Source: an uncultured Gammaproteobacteria bacterium (GTDB taxonomy: Bacteria; Pseudomonadota; Gammaproteobacteria; CAWCPV01). From it: a stretch of 64,000 nt of DNA. The position numbers and the translations under genes are program-made. Shown here in pieces: positions 29,967-40,011 of the stretch. Within the stretch, counting starts at the first letter, position 1. Every line of letters starts with the position of its first letter. The notes under the pieces are model-generated. The model searched no databases. It saw only the letters and a list, made by a program, of their open reading frames with translations, and was not told the origin of the DNA. Location: the NCBI GenBank assembly GCA_963797555.1, contig CAWCPV010000006.1:1-64000 (forward strand), given 5' to 3'.

Positions 29967-31070
29967 CTACGGGGACGGCGTTATCTGAATCGGCTCGAAC
30001 TTCTGGCTCTCCGAACGCCAGGCCAGCGTCACGTCGTAGAACTTGCCGTCGGCCAGCACGTGAAACAAGTGCACACCGGCCGCGTCCACGGAAGCGCCCG
30101 CACCACCGAGGCTCACAGCCGACGGATCGGCGATGAAGGGGTTATCGAACCTCACCACGCTGAACGTCGCTGAAGCGCCGGCAGACACGGCGTCCTTCCC
30201 GACCGCGGTCACATCGATCGTGTGGCTCCCTGGCGAGAGATTTCCGTAGTTGTAGGCCATGGAGAAGCCCCCGGTGAACGAATCGGGATAGCCCGGGTAG
30301 TTCGCCTGGACATCGTCGCGCCTGCCCCCGCTCGGGATGTTGCCCAAGAACGCGCCGTCGATGCTGAGCTCCACATGATCGATCCCGGCTTGACCGATGG
30401 CCCAGCCTCGGATGTTGGCGACCCCGGAGCTGATGCTGCCCTCGCTCGGGGCCTCCAAGTGGACGATCACGTCCGCCAGGGCGGCGGCTCCGTACAACGC
30501 ATCCACGCAGGAAATGTCGTGGGCCGTGGGGGTCTCAGTGTCCCCGACAAACGTCTGCATGATGGTGGGCACCCCGCTGTCGTCGTGGTCCAGCCCGATA
30601 ACATGTCCCAGCTCGTGCACGGCGACGCGCCGGAAGTCCGCTTGCGAGCTTGACCACGGGCCCCCGTACACGCCCCAGGTTACGTTGCTGTTGAACTGGG
30701 TGCCGGCCTGTCCCGTTGTCCCTCCGGCGGACCACGTTAGCGTCTCGGCCAGTACGCCAGCACCCCACGCCGTGCCGCAGTCGGTGCTGGCAAACTTGAC
30801 GCCGTTCTTGGGCGTGGACTGGTTAGGATTCGAGCAAGGGTCCGCGGTGGCGTCCTGGCTGACGGAGAAGCCGAACACCGTGGCCGACGTCCAGCTCTGC
30901 GTGGCCTGCTGAAAGGCCCCGAGGAAGGTCGATCCCAGGGAGGGCGCCGGGGACATGGTGGCAAATGGGCTGGGCCACTTGGAGTTCTCGTACACGCATG
31001 CAGCGGCCGACGCCCACCCAGCCGCTAGCGCCAGCGTTCCCCCCAAAAGCCTAGCCAGCGCCTTCGGCAT
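29967..31070 (-). CDS. Secreted zinc metalloprotease (metzincin/matrixin-like)
   Basis: Signal peptide and an HELGHVIGLDH zinc-binding motif (HExxHxxGxxH). C-terminal beta-rich extension. Confidence 0.75.
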   Translation of the reverse strand: MPKALARLLGGTLALAAGWASAAACVYENSKWPSPFATMSPAPSLGSTFLGAFQQATQSWTSATVFGFSVSQDATADPCSNPNQSTPKNGVKFASTDCGTAWGAGVLAETLTWSAGGTTGQAGTQFNSNVTWGVYGGPWSSSQADFRRVAVHELGHVIGLDHDDSGVPTIMQTFVGDTETPTAHDISCVDALYGAAALADVIVHLEAPSEGSISSGVANIRGWAIGQAGIDHVELSIDGAFLGNIPSGGRRDDVQANYPGYPDSFTGGFSMAYNYGNLSPGSHTIDVTAVGKDAVSAGASATFSVVRFDNPFIADPSAVSLGGAGASVDAAGVHLFHVLADGKFYDVTLAWRSESQKFEPIQITPSP

Positions 31071-31074
31071 CGCC

Positions 31075-31686
31075 TTACTTCCCCCGCCTCAGGAGGTCGC
31101 GCAGCCCCTGCTTGAATTCCTCCACGCTGAGCGCGCCGGTGGAGGCTTGGTCTCGCCGCACAGACAGACCCAAGGCGTAGCCGCGGCTGAGCCCTTGAGG
31201 TCGCGCCGGCGCCTGCGAGCTGAACGCCGTGACGGCGTGCAGCCCGCGCGTGTAGACCTTCTCCTGGCCGTCCACCGGGTCCGCACGCACCACGTAGTGG
31301 CCCTGGTCCCAGCCATAGAACGGGTTGGTCTGCGGGCGCTGGAGCGACTCCACGAAGTAGAAGCCTCGCTCGCCGATCGAGGGAATGTGCATATCCGAGA
31401 CATGCAAGGTCAGATCCCCCAGGCTGCCGCCCGTGAAGGCGAGCTGCACGGTATCCCCGGGCGCCTTCCCTTTGATCACGTCCATCACCTGGAAGGTGAC
31501 GTAAGTGTAAATCTGGCGCTGGTCGGGGCCGGGACGAACCTCCGCACCGACGACGCGCCCCTCGAACACCAGCTCGGAGCCATTGAGGACCTCGCTGAGT
31601 CCCATCTGCTGGATGGCGGTCGCCCCTACTTGCACCGACCACCAGAGCGCCATGGAGAGTGCGGCCAGCGGAAATGAACGAGTCAT
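31075..31686 (-). CDS. Hypothetical secreted protein (co-oriented, 5 bp downstream of the metalloprotease gene)
   Basis: Signal-peptide-like N-terminus from the internal Met (MTRSFPLAALSMALWWSVQVGA). No family recognised. Confidence 0.45.
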   Translation of the reverse strand: MTRSFPLAALSMALWWSVQVGATAIQQMGLSEVLNGSELVFEGRVVGAEVRPGPDQRQIYTYVTFQVMDVIKGKAPGDTVQLAFTGGSLGDLTLHVSDMHIPSIGERGFYFVESLQRPQTNPFYGWDQGHYVVRADPVDGQEKVYTRGLHAVTAFSSQAPARPQGLSRGYALGLSVRRDQASTGALSVEEFKQGLRDLLRRGK

Positions 31687-32229
31687 GTCCAGCCCTCGAA
31701 GAAGGAGAGGAGATCCAGCGGACGACCGCTGTCTCCACAAGCTAGGCAGCGGGCAACGCTCGATTGGTGATGGGCACTGCGGGGAAGCCAGGGCGACACG
31801 GAATGGTCCTTGAACCGGCCGGGATTATACCACCCCGGCAGTCCCTCTTGCCGGAGATCGCCATGGACTCGCGCCGGTGTCTTGCCTGGCGGTGTCTTGC
31901 CGGACCGTTGCTGTCGCGCCTCGCCCAACCCGGACGAGATCTCACCCGAGCGCACGGTACGCGCCGTCCGTCGAATCTGCGGGCGACGCGGAGCCGAGGC
32001 ATCTCGGGCGCCTGAAGAGACCCCGAGGCACTCCGGGACGCGGCGCGGCATACGCGGCGGGCCCGCATGTGCTGAAGGTGCGGTTCTCAGGTCGCATCCG
32101 GCAATGCCTGCCGACCTACGCTACAGAGCACGCGCGACGTACGCGCTGCGGGCGGGTGAGGCCGGCACTTCTGCGCCGAGGGCGCAGGCGGTGCCGACGG
32201 CGTCCGCTCGCTCGTCGCTCGTCCACTCA

Positions 32230-33189
32230 TCACTGCGCGGGCGCGCCGGACGTTCGGGGCGCTGCACCCGGGGATCCAGCCGCCGGCGGGGATGGTGGGC
32301 CCCCCGGTGCAGGCGCTGCGCTCCCCTGGGGAGCCGCGGGCGGTGGCGTCACGGGCGGGGCGGGTGGCGCCGGCCCTGGCCCAACCGGTGGCGCAGGCAT
32401 GGGCATGCCCGGCGGCACCTCCTGTGCGGGCAATGGTGTCGAAGGCGCCGCAGGTGCCGGTCCAGGGGCCTGCTGGATGCGCGCAGGAGTCTCCTCACCC
32501 GTAGCCCGCCCTTGCAGTGTAAACGCCATGTCGGTCCTCACGTGCTCTTCGGCGTAAGGGACCTGAGACGCCGGCACCGGGTCCTTGCCGACGCCGTATC
32601 CCTTCCCGGGCGTGTAAAACTGGTGCTCGTTACCGGCCACCTTTTCCGTGGACAGCCAAAACCACTGCCCTCCCGTACTCAGCGGCCGCACCACGTAAAC
32701 GGATACCCAGTACTGTCCGGGGGGAAGCCGCTGGCCGCCGAAGTTGATTACCAGCGTTCCGGTCTTCATCTCCTCGCCGCCGCTCACGGAGCCCATCACT
32801 TTGTGTCCCCCGAAGGATCCCGGTAGACCTTCCCAGATCTCCGCCACCACGCTGTTGTTCTTGACCGCTTCGTTGGGCTGCCCACTCGCGGCGGCGTCCA
32901 GGATCTCCGCAGCGTCGACCCACAACCGCGTTCCTTTGCTGGATCCCTTGCCCTCGGACGCAGTCTGTGGTCCGGCCTCGAAGCCGGGAGCGGTCAGCCT
33001 GTCGAGATAGTAGGGCTGCGTCGTGGTGAAATCGTCGAGTTGGAATGCGGACAGAGTCGACGCATCACTGAAGTCCTGCGCGATGAAGGCCCCCGCGTTC
33101 CCGTCCCATGGCTGATCCCAGATGATCTCGGCGGACACGACCGTGGACCACAGGAGCGCCGCAACAGGCATCGTACGTAGCCACACCAT
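32230..33189 (-). CDS. Secreted protein with C-terminal Pro/Ala-rich low-complexity tail
   Basis: Signal peptide. ~230-aa globular region, then PAPAAPSTPLPAQEVPPGMPMPAPPVGPGPAPPAPPVTPPPAAP…. Confidence 0.5.
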   Translation of the reverse strand: MVWLRTMPVAALLWSTVVSAEIIWDQPWDGNAGAFIAQDFSDASTLSAFQLDDFTTTQPYYLDRLTAPGFEAGPQTASEGKGSSKGTRLWVDAAEILDAAASGQPNEAVKNNSVVAEIWEGLPGSFGGHKVMGSVSGGEEMKTGTLVINFGGQRLPPGQYWVSVYVVRPLSTGGQWFWLSTEKVAGNEHQFYTPGKGYGVGKDPVPASQVPYAEEHVRTDMAFTLQGRATGEETPARIQQAPGPAPAAPSTPLPAQEVPPGMPMPAPPVGPGPAPPAPPVTPPPAAPQGSAAPAPGGPPSPPAAGSPGAAPRTSGAPAQ

Positions 33190-33817
33190 TGTTCTTGTCC
33201 CTCAAGTCACCGGTCGGCTGTCCCGGCCTTCGGCAGGCCGATCAGCCGCCCTGCCTGAGACGAGGGCATGCCGCATACCGCGGCACATCGCTGCGTCTCG
33301 GCTCGGTCGGAATTGGACGCACCGCGTGTGTCGCCAGTCGGACCTGCGCGCAAGCTGATCCTGCGCGCGGCGGTTAGATTACCACAGCCGCGCGGACCCA
33401 GGCGTTCTAGACCTCGGGATCGCTTCGGCCCGTAGGCTAGAGCCCGCGGATTCCGAGGCCAGCAAGATCGTTTCCTCATTGGAACATCGGGACCAGAGCT
33501 TCGCGCGGCGGGTCGGCCGTATCCGGCGGCAGCTCATCGACAAGGACAGCCACGACCTGGTGCCGGGCGAGGTGCCAAGATTGACAGCAGCGGTGGCGCC
33601 CTCTTCAATGGGACACCCTCGCCCGCCGGCACGTCCTGCGCTGTCTGCTCTTGGACAAGTGACGGTCTCCGCGGGAACGACGCTGCACCGAACGCTGCGG
33701 TGCGCGTCGCCGTTCAATCGGAACGCGGCGCCACGGCAGAGTGTGGTGAAGCCCGTCACCTCATCCCGGGCTGCTGCGCCGTTGCGCACCGGCACGGCGC
33801 CGCGGTAGGCGGTCAGG

Positions 33818-34531
33818 ATGAGCGGCCCCAGCCGGCGCAGCCAGGAACTGCTAGGCACTGCACACATGGCCTCAAGCACATCTTCGGTCGATCCCATCCA
33901 GGACCAGGCGAGCCTGGGTCGTTGCGCCCTGGCGACGGGATCCTTTGTCGCCCTGCTCTGGGTGATCTGGGCGGTCGGCGCCGCCCTCCACCTGCATCTC
34001 TACCGCTATGGCGTTTACCCGCGGGCGGTCAACGGTCTTCTGGGGATCCTGACCGCGCCCCTGATTCACGGCTCCTGGAGCCACATGTTCGCCAACACTC
34101 TCCCGCTGTTCGTGCTCGGAACGGCTGTCATATATGGTTACCCGCGCTCGGCGGCCATCGTGATCCCCGCCGTGTACCTCGGCTCGGGGCTGGGTGTCTG
34201 GCTGTTCGGTCGGGCCAGCTATCACATCGGAGCGAGCGGCCTCGCCCACGGACTGATGTTCTTCGTGTTCGTGGTCGGCATACTACGCCGGGACCGGCGC
34301 GCCATCGCGCTATCGCTGCTGGTGTTCTTCCTCTATGGAGGGATGGTCTGGACCATCCTGCCTTACGACCCAAAGGCCTCCTTCGAGTACCACTTGTTCG
34401 GGGCGCTGACCGGAGCAATCCTGGCGTTCCTGCTCAGGCATCGGGATCCTCCCCCGCCGCAGAAGCGCTACAGTTGGGAGGAAGAACCCGACGGCCCGGA
34501 CGAGGGGACCCCAACCCAGCCCGGGCCATGA
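33818..34531 (+). CDS. Rhomboid family intramembrane serine protease
   Basis: Multiple TM helices. Catalytic GASG (GASGLAHG) serine motif, with His in a later TM helix. Confidence 0.8.
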   Translation: MSGPSRRSQELLGTAHMASSTSSVDPIQDQASLGRCALATGSFVALLWVIWAVGAALHLHLYRYGVYPRAVNGLLGILTAPLIHGSWSHMFANTLPLFVLGTAVIYGYPRSAAIVIPAVYLGSGLGVWLFGRASYHIGASGLAHGLMFFVFVVGILRRDRRAIALSLLVFFLYGGMVWTILPYDPKASFEYHLFGALTGAILAFLLRHRDPPPPQKRYSWEEEPDGPDEGTPTQPGP

Positions 34532-34535
34532 GGGC

Positions 34536-35255
34536 CTACCTCACATCGCCGATAGCGTAAGTTACGGTGACCTCGGCACGGAACTCCAGCTCACCGGCCG
34601 CCACCGGGACGCCGGTTTCGCCCCTCGCCATCATCATCTGCGGTCGTATGGGTCCCGGCTTGGCCGCGGCCTGCTCGTCGATGTGAAGCACGCGGCCAAG
34701 AGCTGCTCCGGCCGCCTGGGCGTATAGTTCGGCCCTGCGCTTCGCGTCCTCCATAGCTTTGCGGCGGGCCTGGTCCATGAGGGCCGATGCATCCGCGACC
34801 GAGAAGCTGATGCTCTCCACGGTGTTCGCCCCTTCGGACACGAGCTGATCCAGCATCGCGCCGAGGCTGTCCAACTGCCGCACGGTGACTCGGACCTGGT
34901 TGGTCGCCTGATAGCCGACCAGCGTGCGCGGCTTCCCGGAGTGCTCGTACTCGTATCGAGGCGAGACGGCGAAGCTCACGGTCTGGACGTCTTCGTTCGC
35001 GATCCCGCGTTTAGCAAGCACTTCGAACAGCTTCTTCATGTCCCGCGTGTTCATCTGCAAGGCGTTGGCCGCGGCGGGCGCCTCCGAAGTCACGCCCGCG
35101 ACGACCTCCGCCGTGTCCGGGGTGGCGGAAACCTCGCCCGCCCCGACGACCGTGATCCCCGTCCCCCGGTCACTTCCGCAGTCGGCGGCCAGCACGGCGC
35201 AGGAGAGCGCCAAACCGAGTGCCAGCACCGCCGCTCCTAGCATCCTCCTATTCAT
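34536..35255 (-). CDS. SIMPL/DUF541 domain periplasmic protein (BP26-like)
   Basis: Signal peptide. Profile typical of SIMPL-domain proteins (…QTVSFAVSPRYEY…VGYQATNQVRVTVRQLDSLGAMLD…). Confidence 0.7.
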   Translation of the reverse strand: MNRRMLGAAVLALGLALSCAVLAADCGSDRGTGITVVGAGEVSATPDTAEVVAGVTSEAPAAANALQMNTRDMKKLFEVLAKRGIANEDVQTVSFAVSPRYEYEHSGKPRTLVGYQATNQVRVTVRQLDSLGAMLDQLVSEGANTVESISFSVADASALMDQARRKAMEDAKRRAELYAQAAGAALGRVLHIDEQAAAKPGPIRPQMMMARGETGVPVAAGELEFRAEVTVTYAIGDVR

Positions 35256-35456
35256 ACTGGGTCCTCAGCAATCATGGTTGAGCCGTGCGCTATCATTGGT
35301 GGCCGCATGCTTTCCGTCAACCCAGCCGTCGCCCCATGGAACGGCAGCATCGTCCCGGAGCAGAATCTCCCGCGGTGGCTCGTCGACCCCGCAGCCGCCC
35401 TCCAGCTCGCTGTCCGGAACGAAACCTTGCGGGAGGACCGCCGCGAAGCCCGCCCG

Positions 35457-35948
35457 CTAGCGCGTCCTACCCCATTTCAGCACGTCCACCCTCACGCGCG
35501 CGTGCCCCGCGCCGGCGAACCTCAGCGCCCGCGCGGCAGCGAGCGAGAGGTCGATGATGATGCCCTTGCGCCGGAGCCTGCGGGAGGGCCCTCAATCGAT
35601 GATACGGACCTCGACCGAGCGGCCATTTGCGAGGTTGGTGACGCGGACGACCGACCCGAAAGGCCAGCGAGGGTGGGCTGCGACCAGCGCGTTCTTGTCC
35701 ATCCGCTCGCCGCTCGCGGTCTTTCTGCCATGCCGCTTGGGCCCGTAGAAGGTTGCCTCGCCCACGTGGCTTTCCAGGACATGCTCGTGCCGGGAGGCGT
35801 GATGACCAGCGGAGGGAGCCCCGCGGGCAGGCCCGGGCGCGCCCGTCGTCAGGGTGAAGAGCAACGCAAGCCAGAGGGCGCGAGAATGAGCAAAATGAGG
35901 TCTCACCTTTAGCCTCTGCGGACGTGCCAACGCGACGGTCGGCCCCAA
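35457..35948 (-). pseudogene. RlpA-like double-psi beta-barrel (DPBB) lipoprotein gene interrupted by an in-frame TGA
   Basis: The track ORF ends at …VRVTNLANGRSVEVRIID-TGA. The same frame continues GPSRRLRRKGIIIDLSLAAARALRFAGAGHARVRVDVLKWGRTR to a TAG at ~35457. In RlpA homologues this continuation is the conserved IDRGPF…IIDLS…AA..LG segment. The TGA sits where an Arg (CGA) is expected. Confidence 0.55.
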
Positions 35949-36039
35949 TCAAAAGATAGTCTCCCGAGGCAGCTATGGGGCGGAAGAAGGTTGAATGCTC
36001 GCCCGAGGCTGGCGACCAAGGCACCACCGGCGCCGCATC

Positions 36040-36130
36040 GTGGCAACTGACTCGGCGGTCGCAGCACCGCGCGCGGGGCCGGGCCCCGGCTCGTCCGCAG
36101 GACGCCCCACAGGGGTGGGCGTACAGGGAC
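36040..36130 (-). repeat. Copy E (partial) of the dispersed structured repeat family
   Basis: The reverse complement gives GGTGGTCACGGCGTACGTCCCTGTACGCCCACCCCTGTGGGGCGTCCTGCGGACGAGCC…, matching the 5' ~60 bp of the element. Confidence 0.4.
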
Positions 36131-36182
36131 GTACGCCGTGACCACCTCGAAACGCCGCGGTGGGGACGCACCGCAGATCGAT

Positions 36183-37688
36183 TCACGAACTCTCGGAAAC
36201 CAACGTCGGCCAGCGGCGGTAACTGCCGCACTCCTCGTCGGATAGCCCCTCCTTGAGGGCGTAGCGGCGCGGCGGGTGAAAGTGAGCAGCATAGAGAAAC
36301 GTCCAGGGCTGCCGGAACAAGCACACCTCCCCCCCGTCGGGAATGGCCCGCAGGACGCGTGGATCGAGGTGCTCCTGCATCAATGCCTCGACGGGGAAGA
36401 AACGCGGTAGCAGGTACCTGCCGTGTGTTACGGTGATGACCAGGGCCAGCGCCCCGCACAAGAGGAGTCCCAAGGCACGTCGAACAGCGACGGGATTTGC
36501 TGCAGCCGGCACCGACGGGTTGAACGCCAGGTACAGGTTCAACGAGACCAGAGTGATCATCCAGAACATATAGTAGCGAAGCGTGTGGGACTGGGGCATC
36601 ACGGAGGCCACGGCAGACATGAAGGCAACGAATAGGACGGCGACGAGGGTCTGCCCATCGCGAGAGCGCAGCGCCTGGTACACCAGCAGCGCAAGGTTGA
36701 AGAGCACGTAGACCACGGAGAAGCCGCCCATCGCAGATCCCATCGAGCCTCGGGGCATGTATTGGTCGATGCTCCAGCGCCTCGGGTCGGTGAAGGGCCG
36801 GATGCCGACCTCCAGCAAGGAAAGAAGCCAACGCCTGGCGGGCGATGCGTACACGAGGTATTCGGGCACGAAAGGAAGCGCTTGCCTGCCGGAAGGCACC
36901 GGCTCATTACCGTGAAGAGACATGCCGAACAGGTGAAGGTCCACGGGGAAAAGGGGGTTGTGGTAGAGGACCAGGTTCTTGATAGGGGTCAAAAAGATCA
37001 GCGGAAGCGCCATCAATGACAGTGCCAGGAGAACGGGCCGGCGTCCCGCGCGCATGGGTGTCTTGGGCTCCCCGTCCAGGAGGAGCAATCGCATCCCGAT
37101 GACGCACAGCGCGATGAACGCCAGTGGCATCAGTTGCAGCTTGGTGTTGACGGCGACCGCAGCCGAGATCGCGGCCAGCAGGAGGTTGCGCCCCGTTATC
37201 GAGTCTCGGCGGATCAGGAAGAGATACGTCAAGAGCAGAAGCGCCGACAGGGCGAGGTTGGCAGGCAAGTCGACGTAGCAGGCCGTCGCGTGGACCTGGA
37301 CCAACGGGATAGCGAGTAGACCAATGGTGGCGTATGCCAGGGGAATCCCGAGGCAAGTTCTCAAGAAGAAGACAAACAGACACAGCCCCCCCAACGCGAC
37401 GAAGTTGGCAGCCTGCAGCCTGCCGAATCCCCGCCACAGCAGACCTTGTAGAAACTCTCCGAGCAGCGGAAAGCCGTCATAGCGAAACGCCTGGCCCGTC
37501 GTGTAGGCGTAGTCCGTGGCCGGGACGATGCCGGAGAGTCTGGCGGCGAACGGCAGGTGGTACATCCAGGTGTCATAGGAGTAATCCACGTCCACCCATG
37601 CCTTCACGCTCAGCAGGAGGATCGCAAGGATGGCGACCACGTCGAGGAAGACGGGCAGGCCCCGTATCCGCGAGTTCGAAGAAGACAT
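36183..37688 (-). CDS. Polytopic membrane protein, GT-C-like glycosyltransferase family (ArnT/PMT-like)
   Basis: More than 10 predicted TM helices with loop patterns reminiscent of family 39/83 glycosyltransferases. Start at the ATG at 37688 with a GAGAGG RBS. Confidence 0.5.
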   Translation of the reverse strand: MSSSNSRIRGLPVFLDVVAILAILLLSVKAWVDVDYSYDTWMYHLPFAARLSGIVPATDYAYTTGQAFRYDGFPLLGEFLQGLLWRGFGRLQAANFVALGGLCLFVFFLRTCLGIPLAYATIGLLAIPLVQVHATACYVDLPANLALSALLLLTYLFLIRRDSITGRNLLLAAISAAVAVNTKLQLMPLAFIALCVIGMRLLLLDGEPKTPMRAGRRPVLLALSLMALPLIFLTPIKNLVLYHNPLFPVDLHLFGMSLHGNEPVPSGRQALPFVPEYLVYASPARRWLLSLLEVGIRPFTDPRRWSIDQYMPRGSMGSAMGGFSVVYVLFNLALLVYQALRSRDGQTLVAVLFVAFMSAVASVMPQSHTLRYYMFWMITLVSLNLYLAFNPSVPAAANPVAVRRALGLLLCGALALVITVTHGRYLLPRFFPVEALMQEHLDPRVLRAIPDGGEVCLFRQPWTFLYAAHFHPPRRYALKEGLSDEECGSYRRWPTLVSESS

Positions 37689-37845
37689 GAATCTCAAACG
37701 CACCTCTCTGGGCGCCGCGGGTGAACGTGAGCCGAGGCCGTACCGGCGCCGCGAAGAGCCGCCCAATGCGCATGAGCTCCCAGCGGGGGTCGGTCGAGCC
37801 TGGATCTCCCGGAGCGGGAGAGGAAGACTGGAGCACGCCGTGCGC

Positions 37846-38625
37846 TCAAGCCCTGATTCCCACCCCGCGGTTCAGCAGTACCAAAGCAGCCGCAAAAAGG
37901 GCCGCAATGAACAGCGATACGATCGCGAAGGCGCTGGCCAGGCCAACGTCGCTCACCCCCAGCAAGCCATAGCGGAAGGCGTTCACCATATAGAGGATGG
38001 GGTTGAGCAGGGAGGCTCTCTGCCAGAAATCCGGCAGCAAATGAATGGAGTAGAACACGCCGCCCAGATAGGTGAGCGGGGTGAGAACGAAAGTGGGGAC
38101 GATGGAGATGTCGTCGAAGCTCTTCGCGAAGATGGCGTTGATGAAGCCTCCCAGCGAGAACAGGGCCGCCGTCAGCACCACCACGCACATCGTCACGGCC
38201 CAGTCGTGCACCCTGAGATCGGTGAAGATCATGGCGACGGTCGTCACCGCCAGGCCCACGACGAGCCCCCGGGCGACCCCGCCCGAGACGTAGCCGACGA
38301 GGATGATCCAGTTGGGAATGGGCGACACCAGCATCTCTTCCACGTGGCGCAGGAGCTTGGCACCGAAGAATGACGACACCACGTTGGAGTAGGCATTGTT
38401 GATGATCGCCATCATGATGACTCCCGGCATGATGTAGTCGAGGTAGCTGTGGCCCGCCATGTCGCCGATGCGCGGTCCCATCAAACGTCCGAAGATGACC
38501 AGGTACAGCCCCATGCTGACGGCTGCGGGCAATATGGTCTGAACCCAGATCCTCGCAAAGCGCCGGATCTCCTTGAGAGCGATCGTCTCAAAGGCGATAT
38601 AGTTCCTTCGAGCGAGCGGACTCAC
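37846..38625 (-). CDS. ABC-2 type transporter permease
   Basis: 6-TM ABC-2 permease profile. Overlaps the upstream ATPase gene by 4 nt. Confidence 0.8.
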   Translation of the reverse strand: MSPLARRNYIAFETIALKEIRRFARIWVQTILPAAVSMGLYLVIFGRLMGPRIGDMAGHSYLDYIMPGVIMMAIINNAYSNVVSSFFGAKLLRHVEEMLVSPIPNWIILVGYVSGGVARGLVVGLAVTTVAMIFTDLRVHDWAVTMCVVVLTAALFSLGGFINAIFAKSFDDISIVPTFVLTPLTYLGGVFYSIHLLPDFWQRASLLNPILYMVNAFRYGLLGVSDVGLASAFAIVSLFIAALFAAALVLLNRGVGIRA

Positions 38626-39602
38626 CGCTCGGCGGGCTCATAGTCGAGCGCCTGCGCTTGCGCCTCCGGAACCGGCGTGCGCGCCCGCCCATCTCCGCCT
38701 GTCAGTCTGATGAACAGCTCCTCGAGGCGATTGGTCTTGTTGCGCATACTGGGCACCTCGATATCGCGACTGGACAGCTCGGCGAACAGCCCGTTGACGT
38801 TCTGCTCTTTGGATACGTCCGCCTCCAGCGTGGTGGCATCCAGCCAGCGCACGGCGTAGCCGGGAAGGCTGGGAGCGGCGTCCAACGGGCTCTTGAGGTC
38901 CAGCACGAAGGTCTCCAGGTGCAGCTTATTGAGCAGCACCTTCATCTTCGTGTCCTCGATGATTTCGCCCCCATCGATGATGGCGATGCTCTTGCAGAGG
39001 CTCTCCGCCTCCTCCAGATAATGGGTGGTGAGAATGATGGTGGTGCCGCCGCGGTTGATCTCCCGCAAGAAGTCCCACATCGAGCGCCGGATCTCGATAT
39101 CCACGCCCGCCGTGGGCTCGTCCAGGATCAGCAGCCTGGGCTCGTGGACCAGGGCGCGGGCGATCATCAGCCGCCGCTTCATCCCGCCCGACAGGTCCCG
39201 AGCCTGGCTGCGGCGTCTGTCCCAGAGGCCGAGCTGGCCCAGATAGCGCTCGGCACGCCGCTGCGCCGTATGCCGGTCGATGCCATAGTAGCCTGCCTGA
39301 TTCACCACGATGTCGATGACCGGTTCCCAGACGTTGAAGTTGATCTCCTGGGGAACCACGCCGATGTGAGCTTTGGCAGCCGCGAGATCGACGTCGGTAT
39401 CGGTACCGAAGACATACACCTTGCCGCGAGTCTTGTTGACCAGCGAGGTGACGATACCGATCAGCGTGGACTTGCCGGCGCCGTTGGGTCCGAGCAGGGC
39501 GAAGAAATCACCCTCGTCAACGTCCAAGTCGACGCCTCTCAGCGCCACAGACCCAGTGCGGTAGGTCTTGTGTAGGGCGCGGATAGTCAGCGCACTGATC
39601 AT
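38622..39602 (-). CDS. ABC transporter ATP-binding protein
   Basis: Walker A GPNGAGKST, signature LSGGMKRR, Walker B LLILDEPT. Confidence 0.85.
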   Translation of the reverse strand: MISALTIRALHKTYRTGSVALRGVDLDVDEGDFFALLGPNGAGKSTLIGIVTSLVNKTRGKVYVFGTDTDVDLAAAKAHIGVVPQEINFNVWEPVIDIVVNQAGYYGIDRHTAQRRAERYLGQLGLWDRRRSQARDLSGGMKRRLMIARALVHEPRLLILDEPTAGVDIEIRRSMWDFLREINRGGTTIILTTHYLEEAESLCKSIAIIDGGEIIEDTKMKVLLNKLHLETFVLDLKSPLDAAPSLPGYAVRWLDATTLEADVSKEQNVNGLFAELSSRDIEVPSMRNKTNRLEELFIRLTGGDGRARTPVPEAQAQALDYEPAER

Positions 39603-40011
39603 GCAGGCGAGTCCCGGGGGTCAGAGCTGTCGGCAGCGCATTATACAGGCCGGCCATCGGTCCCAGCTCACAACTAGCATCGATTCAAGGCCAGTCTCCG
39701 TTGTTTTCTCGTTGTTTTGTAGTCGGCAACGCGGCGCGCGAGCGATGTCCATGAGGAGGCCGCAGCCGTCCGCCGCTGCGCGGCCGAGCCGGTACCGATG
39801 CTGCTGTACCGTGGCGCCGGCCCGAACGTCCACGCAGATCTCTCGAATCGCTGGAAGGCGGGAGTAAAGGCGGCCTCCCCCAGCGTGCTGGGGCACCGTC
39901 GGAGCACGATCCGGTCCCTCCCAGACACCGAGCCCCTGCCATGCTCATCCGCCACCCCGGCACACGCTCGGGCGCGCCTGGCCGATGGGCGCCGCGATTC
40001 CGATGCTGTCA

